Assembly: GCA_964247055.1 (NCBI GenBank)
Contig: OZ176053.1
Span: forward strand, 2,170,001-2,234,000
Length of the DNA: 64,000 bases
DNA from: Paragordius varius
Taxonomy: Eukaryota; Animalia; Nematomorpha
Reading direction: 5' to 3'
Part shown: one piece after another, positions 13,846 through 26,288 of the stretch
Layout of the letters: every line of letters begins with the position of its first letter
Position numbering within the stretch: the stretch's first letter is position 1
Program-made: the position numbers and the translations under genes
The notes under the pieces: generated by a model
Database searches by the model: none
Told to the model about the DNA's origin: nothing
Seen by the model: only the letters and a program-made list of their open reading frames with translations

Positions 13846-16800
13846 TTTCAAACACTGCAGTTTAAAACACAATGAATATACAATCAAAAAAATAAAATTT
13901 GAATAATTACAGCTGTTTTTGATAAGAAGAAATACTTTGTCATTATATTTTTTTCAGGTAATTATGAAAAATTATAAAGATGACTTACATAAGCTTGTAG
14001 CAAAGGGTGCAAACCCATCGTTTGTTAGGTTGTTGAGACGGGTCCCAAGTCAACCCACGAAAAAAATTATTTGATGCAGCACTCATATTATTATAGTTTG
14101 TGTTATCGCTAGAAAATATGCCTTTTGTGTTAAAAACGGAGATGTTAGATGCCAATCTTTGCCAAATACCGGTATGGAGATAAGCTAAAGTAGCTCGCCT
14201 ACTTCTAAAAGGTGTTCTTTTTGATTTTTTCACACCTTCTTCTGCTGGTAGTACACTTTTAGGTGGGGTGGTAACTACGCTATTACTTCGAGAAGAAAAT
14301 TGAACTCCACTGATAATGTTGTTTAGGGGCGAATTTGTGGTGGTAAGTAGTTCATCTTCTTGTGATTTAGAATGATGAGCTGGTTGATTTACTTTGATAT
14401 TTTTTCCACCATCATTCATTGTCTAACAGTAAAATTATGGTTCTATAGGTACTTTTTATACAATAATAATAGTAAGGTCAAATACAAACCACTAGATTGT
14501 TTGGACAACAGTTTATTGTGGGTTAATTTATTTTATCATTATTTTGTGAAAAAGTGACTAGTAAAATTTTTTTGTGTATGTAATTAGCGTGCAGAAATTC
14601 CACACAGATTTAAGGTTGATAATTTACCATTTTTTATGTTTTAAATATTTTATAAATTTATCTAATCGAAAATAGTAAACTCAATATAATATTTGGTCTT
14701 TAAATTTCATCCAAAATATGTATCAAGTCCCATTCTATGACCCAACCTTCCCAAATATAAAATCCAAAAGAAATATTCATTATAAGGAAATTAATTAATA
14801 ATTTCTACGAAATTCAGATTTTTTTTATTAACAACAAAATATGTATTGGTCAAAATTGCTAATCCATTTATATATGTACATTAGCGTATGGCACAAAAAA
14901 AACAAGGGGTTATTATGGATATGTGTATGTACAATTAGACTTCTTTTTTTAAAAAAACCTTTTTTTTGACTAATAATGTTTTATGCCATACGCTACTTTA
15001 TATCATTACTTCTTTTGGGAAAAATGAAATGTGCTGCTTCTGTTCACTCAATGGTGTTGTCGCAATGTTTGACGTGACAGATGAAAGGACAGATAATCTG
15101 TCATCTTCAAAAGTAAACGAGGGATCTTGTTTTTCTTGCATTGATTGCGTTCCCACTTTTATGGCGCCTTAGCAAATTAATTTTAATTAAATTTTGTTAT
15201 TTCCAAAAAAATTAAATATCTTTGCACAAGAATATATAATATATAAATAGCCACTTTATTGCTGGCAAATTGGTAATACAGTAGTTTATGGGTAAAAACA
15301 AAATGTTGAAATGAAACCAACATTTCCATATATAACAACATTTTTGTCTATTAAATTATGGACAAAATTTGTTTTAAAACACACGCTACTGTATTACAAA
15401 TGGATCAACAATAATGTGAATTAGTCAGAAAAAATATGCATTACTATAACGGCTCTTTTGTTGGTCAATTGGCAATACAGTAGTGTATGATATAAAACAA
15501 ATCATGCCATAACCAAATAAACAAATTTAATGTTGTAAGATAGGAAAATATTGTTTAATTTACCCATCTGTTGTTTTTTATTCATATGCTACTGCATTAC
15601 CAATTGGCCAAATATGGATCGATATACATGCAACTTATATGGACGGAAAAAATTTAATTAAGTATTTAGCATTAAATTAGGAGACCATATTTTTACGTGA
15701 CAAAATATAATTGTCATATACTGAAATATAAAATGCAGAGACATTTAAATTTTTGTAATAAAATTATTTTTTGTGTGTTGTTATCTATACTGTACATCTA
15801 TGCAAAAATACTTAGCAAACAAGACAAGATTTACACTTGACAAAAAAGAGGTATGTAAAATATGTTAAATAATTTTCAAAAAGCGTTTCAAACAATGTTT
15901 AATCTAAAAAGTATAGACAATATGCACATTAATGTTTGTAGTGAATTCATATTATTTTTAGCTTCTTTGGTAAAGTAACATATGGGTAAAAAACAGCGAA
16001 GGGGAGAATTTAATCCATTTTTTCCCACTTTAAAACAATAAATTTGTTTATGTTTAGTTAATCAATTGAAAAAGAGATTATCATGTCTCGAAAATTTTGG
16101 ATATAGGTCAATTTATACGAAGATTCTGATAATTATTTTAACTTAAAAGATTCGTTCTCGTTGACAACATTAATTAAATTTGTTTGTTTTATACTAAATG
16201 ATGAGCAAAATTTGTTTTTTATATAATATACGCTACTGTATTACCAATTTAAGAAAAAGGCAATCTAAAAACAAGTAATCTATAGAGTTAGCAAAATTGT
16301 ATGTTTTTACGTATGTACTATGTACCAGGGATATTCCTTCGATCTGGAAAATAGTGTCTACATTCCTTACAAACTTTAGTCAAACATCGACTACACAAGG
16401 CACCCCGATCAAAAATATAACCCAATTTTTTTCGACACCTCCCGCACGAACTGTCCCCATTGAGACCGGGTTTAAGGGCACCCCTGACTTTCAAACGTTT
16501 AATTTCGGCTTTCAGTTCACTAAAGAAGAAAAATAATGATAGTGGTACTATAATGAATGGTTAAGATTTTATTTAAACATAATATATACACTGTTTATGG
16601 GAATTATGCTAACTTTAATTATTTGTAAAATTTTGTTACAATCATAATTTTATCAGTACAGTATGAGTAAGTATACATTGTTAGATAGTTATTTTTAATT
16701 ATTGCCAAATAGTAAATACAACAAAGGGCAGTATTATTGGTTAATATAGTAAAAAGTGAAAAAAATAACTATAAGCCAATAATATTCCCCTTTGTTGTAT

Positions 16801-19708
16801 TTACTACTATTTGGCAATAATTAATAACTTTCTAGCCAATGATACTTACTCACACAGTATTTTCTTTTGTTGTTTATATTTCATCAATCGAAAAAAAAAT
16901 ACTATCAAAAGTGGATTTAGTTCCATTTATAAAATTTTACGAGAAACTTACAGAAATTATCTATTGTAAGGTATGTAAAATAAAAAAGTAAATCGCTTTT
17001 CTTTAGAAAAAAACCGCAACTTATTAATAAAGTATGAATTCATTTCTTATATAATCAATCATCCTTTGGTATTATCTCCAATTTAAAATTGATTATAATA
17101 TGATAAATGTTTTTACGTATGATATTGATTATCCCAAATATTGTATGTTATAATTATTTTTAATTTTATAATCTTTTAATTTAATTAAATTTCTATCCTT
17201 AGATAGAAATAATAAGGTTTGGGCTATGATTAACTATTTATAAAAATGCTAATTTGAAAATGTAGATAGATTTTCAAGTTTATTATGCATTTGTTTATTT
17301 AAATTTTTCATTATCTTTGCACATAAAATATACCCTTCATTAGTATTAATTACGTTTTACTTAAAACGGAGTTTTTTTCAATAATACACCAAATTAACGC
17401 AATCCAATTTTGGCGCATACAGCGGCGTAGATATATTTTCAAAAAAAACCTATAATTTAAAAGAGAGGATTATATGATTATTTGCACAATTAATTAGTTT
17501 CCCGCATCTTAAAACATCTCCTCATAATGAGGTAGGTTTCTTCTTTTATACTTAACCCATTTTATAAATATTACACACATTATTTGTGAATAATGGAAAA
17601 TTTTCAAAATTTTAGCATTGCATACGGCGGAGGTTTAAATTCGACTTATTTGATAACTAAATATGCACATTACATACGGAATGATTCAAATGTGTGGGAC
17701 AAAGGACCCAGGAATCCCTTATGCAGTCTTGATGCATTTCACACATTTAATTGGCGAAATTTTAACACTATCCACAAACTGATTATAGCACCCCTGTTAA
17801 TTCTGTTTGGCATAGGGGGTAACGTTATGGGTATTGTGTATGTTGCTCGACAAAAACGTAAAAATTTAAGTGATATATTCCTCCTGTACATGGTTTCTTT
17901 TAGCTTACTGTATTGTTTCTTTAAAGCCATTTGGAATTTTGAGGCTATTCGCGTCGCAATCTATTCCATTTACAAACTGAGTTCGGGTTGGAATCAATAC
18001 GATACCCATTATAATTTATGGTTAATGAAATCGGTGTCTAAAGCCTGTATATTTACTTTCTTACTATTGTTGTTAGATCATTACATGATATTGAGACATC
18101 CACACCGATATTCAGCCTTCAAAAGTACCAAGTCTCTAAGGTATCTCCCAATCATATTTTGGATGATTTGCCTTGTATTGAGTGCTACGACACTTGTATG
18201 GTATCAAGATGCACGATGTATCTTAGTTATACCCAAGACGGAATTATCCGCGTGGACCAACAGGTTTTTTATGCCAATCACACGGTTTCGAAGGTTAGAG
18301 AGGGAAGTGTTGGGTGAATACTACATTTTAACGGTACATTACAAATATAAAATACATGAACCAATGTGGTTATTTTACTATGATATATTCCGTGAAATCA
18401 TTTTATCCATTATCCCTGGCGTGCTTATTCTTTATTTTGGCATATACATTACTATAAATTTGTTTGCCTTCCTCAAACGACGACGTCATCAAAAAAATAA
18501 AACTTCACCTGGTCTTCCAGACCCATCTAAAATAATTGTCCCAAGTTGTACTAATAAACAGTCGCCCTCGATCATAACCCCTAATTCTGCTGCTGATAAG
18601 GCATCTTCCAAAATCTCTGATGCAGTTTTCCTTGATAGAGATTTGCAGAAACAACCCAAATTCAATATTTTACTTGAGGTGAGATACATTATCATATTTG
18701 TTCTGTATGTCATTTGTCACACGTACAGTATGTTAACTGTTATGATACGTCAACATTTAGAAAATATTAGACCTTATGTCAGCTTTAACATGACTTACGT
18801 GATCGAGGCTGGGATAAACTTGGAATTTTTTTTCTTCATGACCTTGATTTACATCATATTTTTGACGGATAAACGATTCCAAGCCACTTTTTGTCGTAAT
18901 GTATGCAAATGTTTTAAGTTTCAATAAATGAATAAATTATGTGATTTTTAAGGTCTGTTTGGGTTATGTTATAATTAAAGTGTCTAAATTCTCAGAGTAT
19001 ATTTAGATTTAAACGTGATTTAATCCGGCGATTTTTAGTTTAGAGTATCTTTTTTTATTTCTTATTAAATCAATCCACGATATAACTTTTGAATTCGTTG
19101 ATTTAATGAGATAAAATTTAATTTTAATGGCATAAACTATATTCAAATCCTGCTTTCTAAGAAAACGCTTATTTTGATATACAATAGGTATTAATTGATT
19201 CTATAACTGATTGATTTGTCTGGAATATTAATTAATTTCCATCCTAATGAACTTTGTATTATAAGAAAACCGACATATTAAAATGAAAAAAAAATTTCAA
19301 TGTTATAATCAAGATGTGATTAGTTTTAGACGATTAAGCACTCACCGCATTACGCATTATTAAACATTGTCAAATAAAAGCTTTAATTTATAGTAGTGAT
19401 TACTAAGAATTAACAGTATAGAATCGTTTGATTGTATAGATAATACTAATAATTGATACTTAAACAAAAATAAATGAATATTACGTTAATGTTATATATA
19501 CGCTTTTCACCCAAAAACGTGGTTTTTTTAAAAACAAATTTTGCGCTTATTAAAATAAAAACAGGGTTTAAGTAAGATAACCCATATATCTAATTCGCCA
19601 TTCCGTTGTTTTTTAATTTTTAAATAATTTAAACCAGTGGGTATCCTCCCACACAAATGGCTTCGTGAGCAGCATTTTTGATTTAAAAAAATCCGCGGAT
19701 CGCATTTA

Positions 19709-19741
<33 letters not shown>

Positions 19742-21965
19742 AAAACATTTATTAAAATTATCAATATATTAAATTTCAAACATAATTGCAAAGCTTAACA
19801 TTAAATTTTTTTTCTAGTTGTTGTCAAGTGAAGAGACTTTATTTAAAAACCTGTTGTTTAAGAAATATCAATTTTACTAAGATTTTGTTTATTCACATAT
19901 TTCGCAAATTATGAATTTACATTCTTTTGCGGGCCGCACATAAAGGCTCACAGGCCGCATGCTGGACACCCCTGGTTTAAACTGTTCATTGAAAACATTT
20001 ATAATAATTCGTTTAATACTTCATTACAAAATCATTTCATTTTAGTGCAGACGATTTGTTCTTGGAATGAGTTTAAATAATACTGTGATAAAAGTTGTTT
20101 TGGTTAAAATTCAATTATCAAACCTGTCTAGAGCTTATAATTTTTTGCCTTGAGTCCCTAATTCGCACAGTTTTAAAACACGATATAAACAACCAGCTGA
20201 TTTAAAATTAATAAATCCCTGTTGATTTTGCTATTAAAAAATGCAAAAAATGGCAATAAAAAAGTTTGAAATGAGGATTGTGTTACAATTTTACGTCTTG
20301 TTTAAAGAAAATTTGCAAGCGCCTTTATAGGCTAAAGAAAGTGTGTTTTTAATTTGGCACAATACTTAAAACACTTTTTAAGATATATTAATTTTAAATA
20401 GTTATAGGGTAAAACTACCCCAAAAGATAAAATGTTAATAAATGCGCATTATAAAACCTGATTGGCAAATTATACGCCTTCAAAAAATTTAATTCAAATG
20501 TTGATACGCAATTTTTATGCTTTTGTAAATATACTAAATTACAAAAATTTAACGTAATTGTATTTTTTTCAACTCTTATATTGAACCATATAATTTACAA
20601 TGTAATATAATTTGCTAAAACCATAGCTACTTGGAGACAAATTTAAAATGATATTAGAATAAAAACTGAAATTTTACAGACAAAACGTTAAATTATAAAG
20701 AATATTTTTAAACGACAACCATACTTTTTGAATCTTTTTAAAATATAACTTATGATGGTTTTAAACTGCAAAGAAATTGATATGTATATCGGTGAAACAA
20801 TCAATTATATATTTTTACAATTGTAGTTATATAATTTATATGAGAAAAAAGATTTAAAAAAGTATGGTTATCTTTTAAAAAAAAGAGTGGTCTTTTTATT
20901 TTTACGTTTTGTTTGTATAATTTTAATTTTTACTGTAAAGTGAAATAAGCATCAGTGAGTTACGTCCTTCAAAACCTATTATTATTATGTTTTTGGTTAT
21001 AATTAAAATGAAAGATAACGCTTGAAAAATATTTTACCTTTATGTCTTTTAACCAGTAAAAATTGAAATTTTACGGACAAAACGTAATAATAAAAGTGAC
21101 AAATATATTTTTTGCTAAATGACAACCATACTTATTAAATTTAAATTAATATGGCTGATTGTTTTAAACTGCAACCTATATAATAGAGATGAAAATTGAT
21201 AACACAACCAAGTATGTAGTTTTTTACGATTGTAATTAAATGATTTTAATAGGAAAAATTAAGGTGTAAAAAATTCGTTCTTTTGTGAAAACAATTAAGT
21301 CTTTATATTTTTACGTTTTTTTGTCCGTACATTTTAATTTTTACTGTAATAAATCTCTAAAATGCATTAAATTTTGATTAACAATTATATCAATTCCAAA
21401 TACAAATTCTAGAAAAAGAATTTTTTTAACAATATAAAATGTTTAAACAAAGTTACATACCTAATAATCTATAAATTTAGACAAAGCTATATGGAAACGC
21501 GTTTTTCAAATTTTAGTATTATATACAACAGTAAGGATGGAAAGATCTATAGTTGACTAATGAGATATAGTTATTTCACATTTATGTGTATTTCCCTCAG
21601 GTATATAATTTTAATTTTTTCCCTCATTTGTTTTTAAGTACCACACAGAGAAAAATTTGATGGTTTTCAGGATGAAATTTATTTTTTGTCATATACATTA
21701 TTAGTTTTACAAGTATATTTATAAATAGCACTTTTTTCTACCTTTTGGAAAACCAATGGTCACAACTAGACACAAAAATATTAAACTCCTAATCGTATAT
21801 AGATATATGGAGTGCTGCTTAGTTTATTTAATTGATTTCTAAGAATTGCCTAAAAAGCTATACTCTAAATCTAGGGTAACCATTCTCGTGTTAGTTTTTA
21901 GTTTAATTTTCATAAATGTCTATATTAAATTTTTGAAATTCCGATTGCAATTATACCAAAAAGTT

Positions 21966-21999
<34 letters not shown>

Positions 22000-24900
22000 G
22001 AAATTGATATATGAATACTCCAAGTATAGTCAAATAGTTGTTTCGTATTGATGAGTGCTAACAATCATGAAACTAGTCTGTGACTAGTATTGAGAAAGGG
22101 TTTCACAAATCATTAATTTCAGTCATAAATTCAATTTTCGGTGAATTTTATCATTATTTCACTTATTTAGCAATTGTATATATTTATATATCAGTAATTA
22201 TAATAGGCTAAAAGAATAACAAGGATCAAGGTAATTTTAATCAATAACTTACACCCTAGAAATTATTAGGGCTGAAAAATATTAAAATGTTTCAAAAGTT
22301 AGTGTAATTATAAATCATTAGCTGTATTTAATATATAATTTTGTATATAACTAATATAAAATGATTAAATTTTTATCAAGACATTTATAAATTTATGGTC
22401 AAAGATATGTGCTCTTGTTCCTAAAATTTCGGCCCGCTAAAATTCCAAAAACAATTTAAATTTACCCTTGAACAATTCAAATTCTCCCTTAAAATTTCAC
22501 CCTAAAAACAAATTATAAAATTTCGGTATAATATAACTCATCATTAAATTTAAATATATTTTTATGGCAAAGTTTATTATTTTTTCAGTATTATTTTGAT
22601 TACATACAAAATTTCATTTTTAAATAATAAAAAAAATATATGTAATTTATAATTTTAAAAAAACACATTATATTTTAGGGTAAATTTAAATTGTTGAAGT
22701 GTGAATTTGAATTGTGTAAATAGTATAGTCTGAAAAAAAATGATCTTAAAAACGACAAATGATAAATTCCGATAATAATTAAAATAATATTTTTGGTAGA
22801 AATTTTTAAAATTAAATTATGGTACATCTAACCTTTTATCGTCATATTTTAGATTAAATAATAACCCAAAAGTTAAATTTTTAAAAAAATTGTATATTAT
22901 CCATTAATCATAGTTAGATCTTCTCTTTATGAGAGTTTAAAAACAACTGATTTTAAAAATAATCCTAAATCAGTTGTCAAAACCACTCACGTTCTGCAGC
23001 TTTTTTAAAAAATTAGCGGTAAAAACCCGGAGAAGATGTCGGTATATTTAAATAATTTTATTTTTTAAAAAAAGATATATTTTATATTATTAATAAGGCT
23101 TCAAAATGGTTTAATGTTCAAAATAATTATTAATAAAATCACTGTAAGGATGAAATCTACCTCAAAAGGTAATGGACTATCAGAAAATGCAAAGAAAATT
23201 ATTTTTTTGTCTAGGAGTTTAAAACGATTTCACTGTATAAATGTATTAAAATTGTTAAATTTAATTGATGTCAAACTTAAGCTAATGGAATAATTTTAGA
23301 CATACATTATCATTCCTTATATTAAAATCTCATAACTGTACAAATTTTTAACAATATTGTTTCCCTGAGCGAACCTTTTAATATATTTCCATACCTTAAT
23401 CTTTAAATTTAGAAAAAACTAATTTAAAAAATGTCAAACATTTTATTACTCATTGCTACAAAATGTTTTAAAAGTTTAACAAATAAAGTTTATTCATTAA
23501 AATTAATTAGGTCAAAAACGATTTCCGTGTTGTAGCGGTTTTACGGAAAAAATAATTTTTATGTACTCTATCCCAAATAAACCTTTAAATCGCGTATTAG
23601 ATATCGAAAAAGTAAAGTATATTTCTTAAACAATAAATAGTTTTAAAATTCATTATTTATATCCCAGAAATCGGGTGGGATTCTAAATTAAATATAAATA
23701 AAATTTAAAATAAGCAAATTAGATAAGATTAAATCACTTAAAGCTAATCTCTAAAGTCAGAATAAAAATCTCTGTATATAAAGAAAATTCCACAAATTAT
23801 TATTGGTAATTATTATAATAATAATAATTTTCACACGTTTTAGTTAAAAAAGAAAATTAAAAGTTGTGTCATATAAGTATGAAAATGTGCTTTTTTGGAA
23901 GGTTAGCAAGCATTAATTAAGTAAGGGTAAATTAAAAAGACATACTGTGCCGATGATAACATCCAACATAATCAATATTTCAGACGAACAAACGGAAAAT
24001 GTTTCATTAATTATATAAAATTATTCCAAATTATTATTATTTTTTAATTCAAACGATTTCGCATTTTAGTCATAAACCCACCCTTGGAAAAAATCCCTAT
24101 TACTTCATAATAAATGTATAAATAATGCTATTTTGAAAGTTGTTTTACAAATAAAATTTGGCTATTTTTGTTATAATTATAAAATAAACTTATATTTTTT
24201 ACAGTTTTTCGACTCTTAGACTTGCGAATTGTAATAGCTTCGACACCTGATTGAAATGAACAGCTGATTTTAAAATAATATCTTTTTTTAATAATTTGCT
24301 TTTTGAAATTCTAAAATTAATAATTTACCTTTTTATCCATAATGTACATTTGTGTGCCTGTTTTATTAGCGATGATAAAAAAATCCAAAGAAAAAAATGG
24401 CAATTAAAAAATTTTAAATTTTTGCATGTTTTAATTTTTAATCAATAGTGAAAGGCGAAAGAATTCATTTTATTCGAATAAATAAAAACGAATCGAAAAT
24501 CGCTCAGGGGTTTAAAACGACAACCAATGTTAAAATTTATTTCAGCATATGCGGGTACTTTAAAAAGTAACGATATAATGTTTTTAAATTAACCCCAAAA
24601 CAATATGTGTAAAAATTAATTTATCCATTACCTTTTGGGGTAATTTTATATGCCATAGCGATATGAAATTTAAATATCTTAAAAAGTATTTAAGGTATCA
24701 AGCTAAATTTTAAAATTCTTTAGTCTTTATGCAATTTTTTTATAAAAAAAGTGTAAAATTGTTAAAGATTTTGCATCTTATAATTTATTGCCACCATTAT
24801 TTTTCTATAAAATTTATAAACTCGCTAAAGCAACAGGCAAATAAATGTATACTATGGTTAGAAAATTAAATAAGTAACCCTAAAAAGCTTCCAGGATGCA

Positions 24901-25206
24901 TTTTACCAGCAAGAACGTGATATATTTTAATTTTAATATCAGCTGTTCATTCAATCGTGTTTTGGAATTGCCACAATTTTGGACTCTAGAAGTCACAAAA
25001 CTGTAAATTTAAGGTTTTTTATATGTTACATAATCGAATATTAAAATTTAACTAAAATAATATTCAAAACTGTGTTTACTAAATGCTCGGGGATAAAATT
25101 ACCCGAAAAAGTAAGCTAAGACAAAAAAGTGAAAAAAGGTAATAAAGCATGTAAATAAATAATTTATAATTTCAATATATTAATTATTAATGTAAGAAAT
25201 TTAATT

Positions 25207-25247
<41 letters not shown>

Positions 25248-26181
25248 GATATTCCTATAACTAAAATTTATATAGGCTTCAAAAACCTTTTAAATTTTTT
25301 TATCACGTCATACAGTTTAAATTTTTCGATACAGTTTCATTTCACTTTAATAAATGTTTTCAATATTAATGAGTTTTTCTCTCTCTCTCTCTGTCTCTTT
25401 GATTTTAAAAAGAGAGTTTACCGCCGGAAAGCTTTATATAAGATTAAGATTGTAAAAAAAACACTTCATTTAAAGCTAATTGTTGATTTCAAAACCAATT
25501 TTACTAAGCGTAAAATATTTTTTTTGGGGGGGATTCGCAAATTAAGGTATTCTGATAAGTATTCCAAATGAAAAAAGAATTGCAAATTTCCTCTGTTTTA
25601 TTCTCTACATGCTAACTAAATGGTTGTTAGGTAGGTAGGTAACAAACAATCTTATTATTAATTAGGTTTTGATTAGAAAAATCAATAAGTTATTATTATT
25701 ATTATATGTGGTAGAGGAATAAGATATAAACACTTTCACTTATTTTTACGGGGATTTACTGATTATTTTAGCATACTTTTTTTTCCATACTATATTATGT
25801 ATGCATTTATATAGTTAAGGTAAAGGTAAATTTAAAAAAATGGTGCTTAAGGGAGTAGATTATAAAATATTTTGTTGGATCATTTATTACCATTTGATAT
25901 ACTAAGTTGATTTAAGTAAAAGTGGCGACGTAAAATGAATCGTAATACAAATGTTATAAAGAAGCCTATATAGATATTTAGGACAAAACCTTATTAATCA
26001 TATCACTTTTAAACGACAAATACTATCTTTTTAAAAAAAATTTAGATTGCAAAAAATTGTTAACATGTTCTTACTTTAATCGAATAGAATCGTGCCTTTG
26101 AAGGTCAGCATTGCGTTTTAGCACAGAAATAATTTTTTCGCGCTCAGTTTCGTCAAAATTTTTTAAATCAAAAATTTGCAT
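1641..26181 (-). CDS. Synaptotagmin-like protein (Slp4/Slp5/bitesize-like Rab27 effector), about 1675 aa model, 3' end uncertain
   Basis: Phase-consistent exons 26181-26075, 16519-16326, 15167-15010, 14422-13989, 11272-11136, 9340-8997, 7136-5750, 5356-5116, 4919-4626, 4442-3573, 3301-2979, 2179-1641 (sum 5028 nt, divisible by 3). Slp-homology domain: IFDLKNFDETEREKIISVLKRNADL..ELKAEIKRL..CGRC..CSRC..CKEC..WVCTLC..SGDWFY. C2 start: GQILLSIHYKSSVMSLEIHILECKDL. The last exon has a possible donor (G|gttag) just before its stop, so the gene may continue leftward. Confidence 0.85.
2271..2548. mobile_element. MITE family A (Tc1/mariner-type, TA|CAGTAAAAATTGAAATTATACGGACAAAACG TIR), representative copy
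   Basis: Long imperfect TIRs, TA flanks, CAGT terminus. Other copies at about 502-720, 7635-7730 (partial), 13458-13763, 20657-20937, 21054-21348, 33508-33780, 34099-34340, 38548-38769, 43236-43499, 49452-49708. Confidence 0.85.
7950..8870 (+). mobile_element. Decayed mariner (Mos1-like) transposase relic in an Slp intron
   Basis: Frame fragments LHQIRKGDEKWPYFVNPKQK and NRFGK match mariner IVTGDEKW..NPKRK..PNRFGKK. Downstream degenerate SPD region. Many stops and frameshifts; TIR-like GGAACTTAATTCACCAG near 8845-8865. Confidence 0.75.
9744..10275. mobile_element. MITE family E (CTTCGATTCAAATTGG(G)GTA..TACCCCAATTTGAATCGAAG), about 500 bp
   Basis: TIRs with a subterminal GGGGTA..TACCCC palindrome. 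Colinear copy at 810-1303 and reversed partial copy at about 54990-55255 (shared CAAACTACTTCGACGCCATT, GCTTCTATCCTAAT). Confidence 0.8.
13458..13763. mobile_element. MITE family A copy followed by a long (AT)n tract
   Basis: GAAATTATACGG..GGACAAATATTTTTTTTACAAAAGAC at left; AAAAGTATGG..GTCTTTATATTTTTACGTTTTGTCCG..TTACTGTA at right. Confidence 0.8.
13770..13842. repeat. (AT)n microsatellite, longest of about 19 tracts
   Basis: Pure AT dinucleotide run. Others at about 3462, 4447, 7810, 11345, 19708, 21968, 25209, 31506, 44365, 45130, 49008, 53754, 57053, 62265. Confidence 0.95.
16657..16859. mobile_element. MITE family D: about 200-bp almost fully palindromic element (TA|CAGTATGAGTAAGTAT)
   Basis: ATTATTGCCAAATAGTAAATACAACAAAGGG at left pairs with CCCTTTGTTGTATTTACT..ATTTGGCAATAAT at right. 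Copies at 35676-35872 and 36907-37090. Confidence 0.8.
17593..18927 (+). CDS. Intronless class A (rhodopsin-like) GPCR, FMRFamide-receptor/srw-like peptide receptor, 444 aa
   Basis: Single 444 aa ORF with seven hydrophobic segments: TM1 FGIGGN, TM3 end LLDHYMILRHP, TM5 IIPGVLILYFG, TM7/helix 8 IIFLTDKRFQATF. Lies inside intron 1 (26074-16520) of the minus-strand Slp gene. Confidence 0.88.
   Translation: MENFQNFSIAYGGGLNSTYLITKYAHYIRNDSNVWDKGPRNPLCSLDAFHTFNWRNFNTIHKLIIAPLLILFGIGGNVMGIVYVARQKRKNLSDIFLLYMVSFSLLYCFFKAIWNFEAIRVAIYSIYKLSSGWNQYDTHYNLWLMKSVSKACIFTFLLLLLDHYMILRHPHRYSAFKSTKSLRYLPIIFWMICLVLSATTLVWYQDARCILVIPKTELSAWTNRFFMPITRFRRLEREVLGEYYILTVHYKYKIHEPMWLFYYDIFREIILSIIPGVLILYFGIYITINLFAFLKRRRHQKNKTSPGLPDPSKIIVPSCTNKQSPSIITPNSAADKASSKISDAVFLDRDLQKQPKFNILLEVRYIIIFVLYVICHTYSMLTVMIRQHLENIRPYVSFNMTYVIEAGINLEFFFFMTLIYIIFLTDKRFQATFCRNVCKCFKFQ
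20657..21348. mobile_element. Two adjacent MITE family A copies (20657-20937, 21054-21348)
   Basis: Both show the GACAAAACG..GACAACCATAC left end and the TTTACGTTTT..TTTTTACTGTA right end. Confidence 0.8.
24628..25145. mobile_element. MITE family F (GGGGTAATTTTATA..GGGATAAAATTACCC subterminal motifs), about 500 bp
   Basis: Shared core GCAACAGGCAAAT..AATATCAGCTGTTC..CTCTAGA(A/G)GTCACAAAACTGTAAA. Copies at 52085-52592 (reverse), 60812-61503 (with RTE insertion), and partial reverse copies at about 20020-20430 and 24070-24520. Confidence 0.78.
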
Positions 26182-26288
26182 GGCATTATGAATGTCTCCA
26201 AAAACAGGCGTCGCACATTTGGATAAAAATCCGAAAACAAAAATAGCCAATAATAAATAAATACGGTTAAAATATAAAAAAACTATTA

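Noticed and set aside
13643-13906. ORFs with IYIYIY runs (also 31383-31640, 35501-35710 and the N-terminus of ORF 3572-4525)
   Set aside because: They read through (AT)n microsatellites and MITE sequence; the real Slp exon starts at 4442.
25245-25571. 108-aa ORF upstream of the Slp first intron boundary
   Set aside because: F/I/K/L-rich composition typical of AT-rich non-coding DNA, includes a (CT)n run, no motif.
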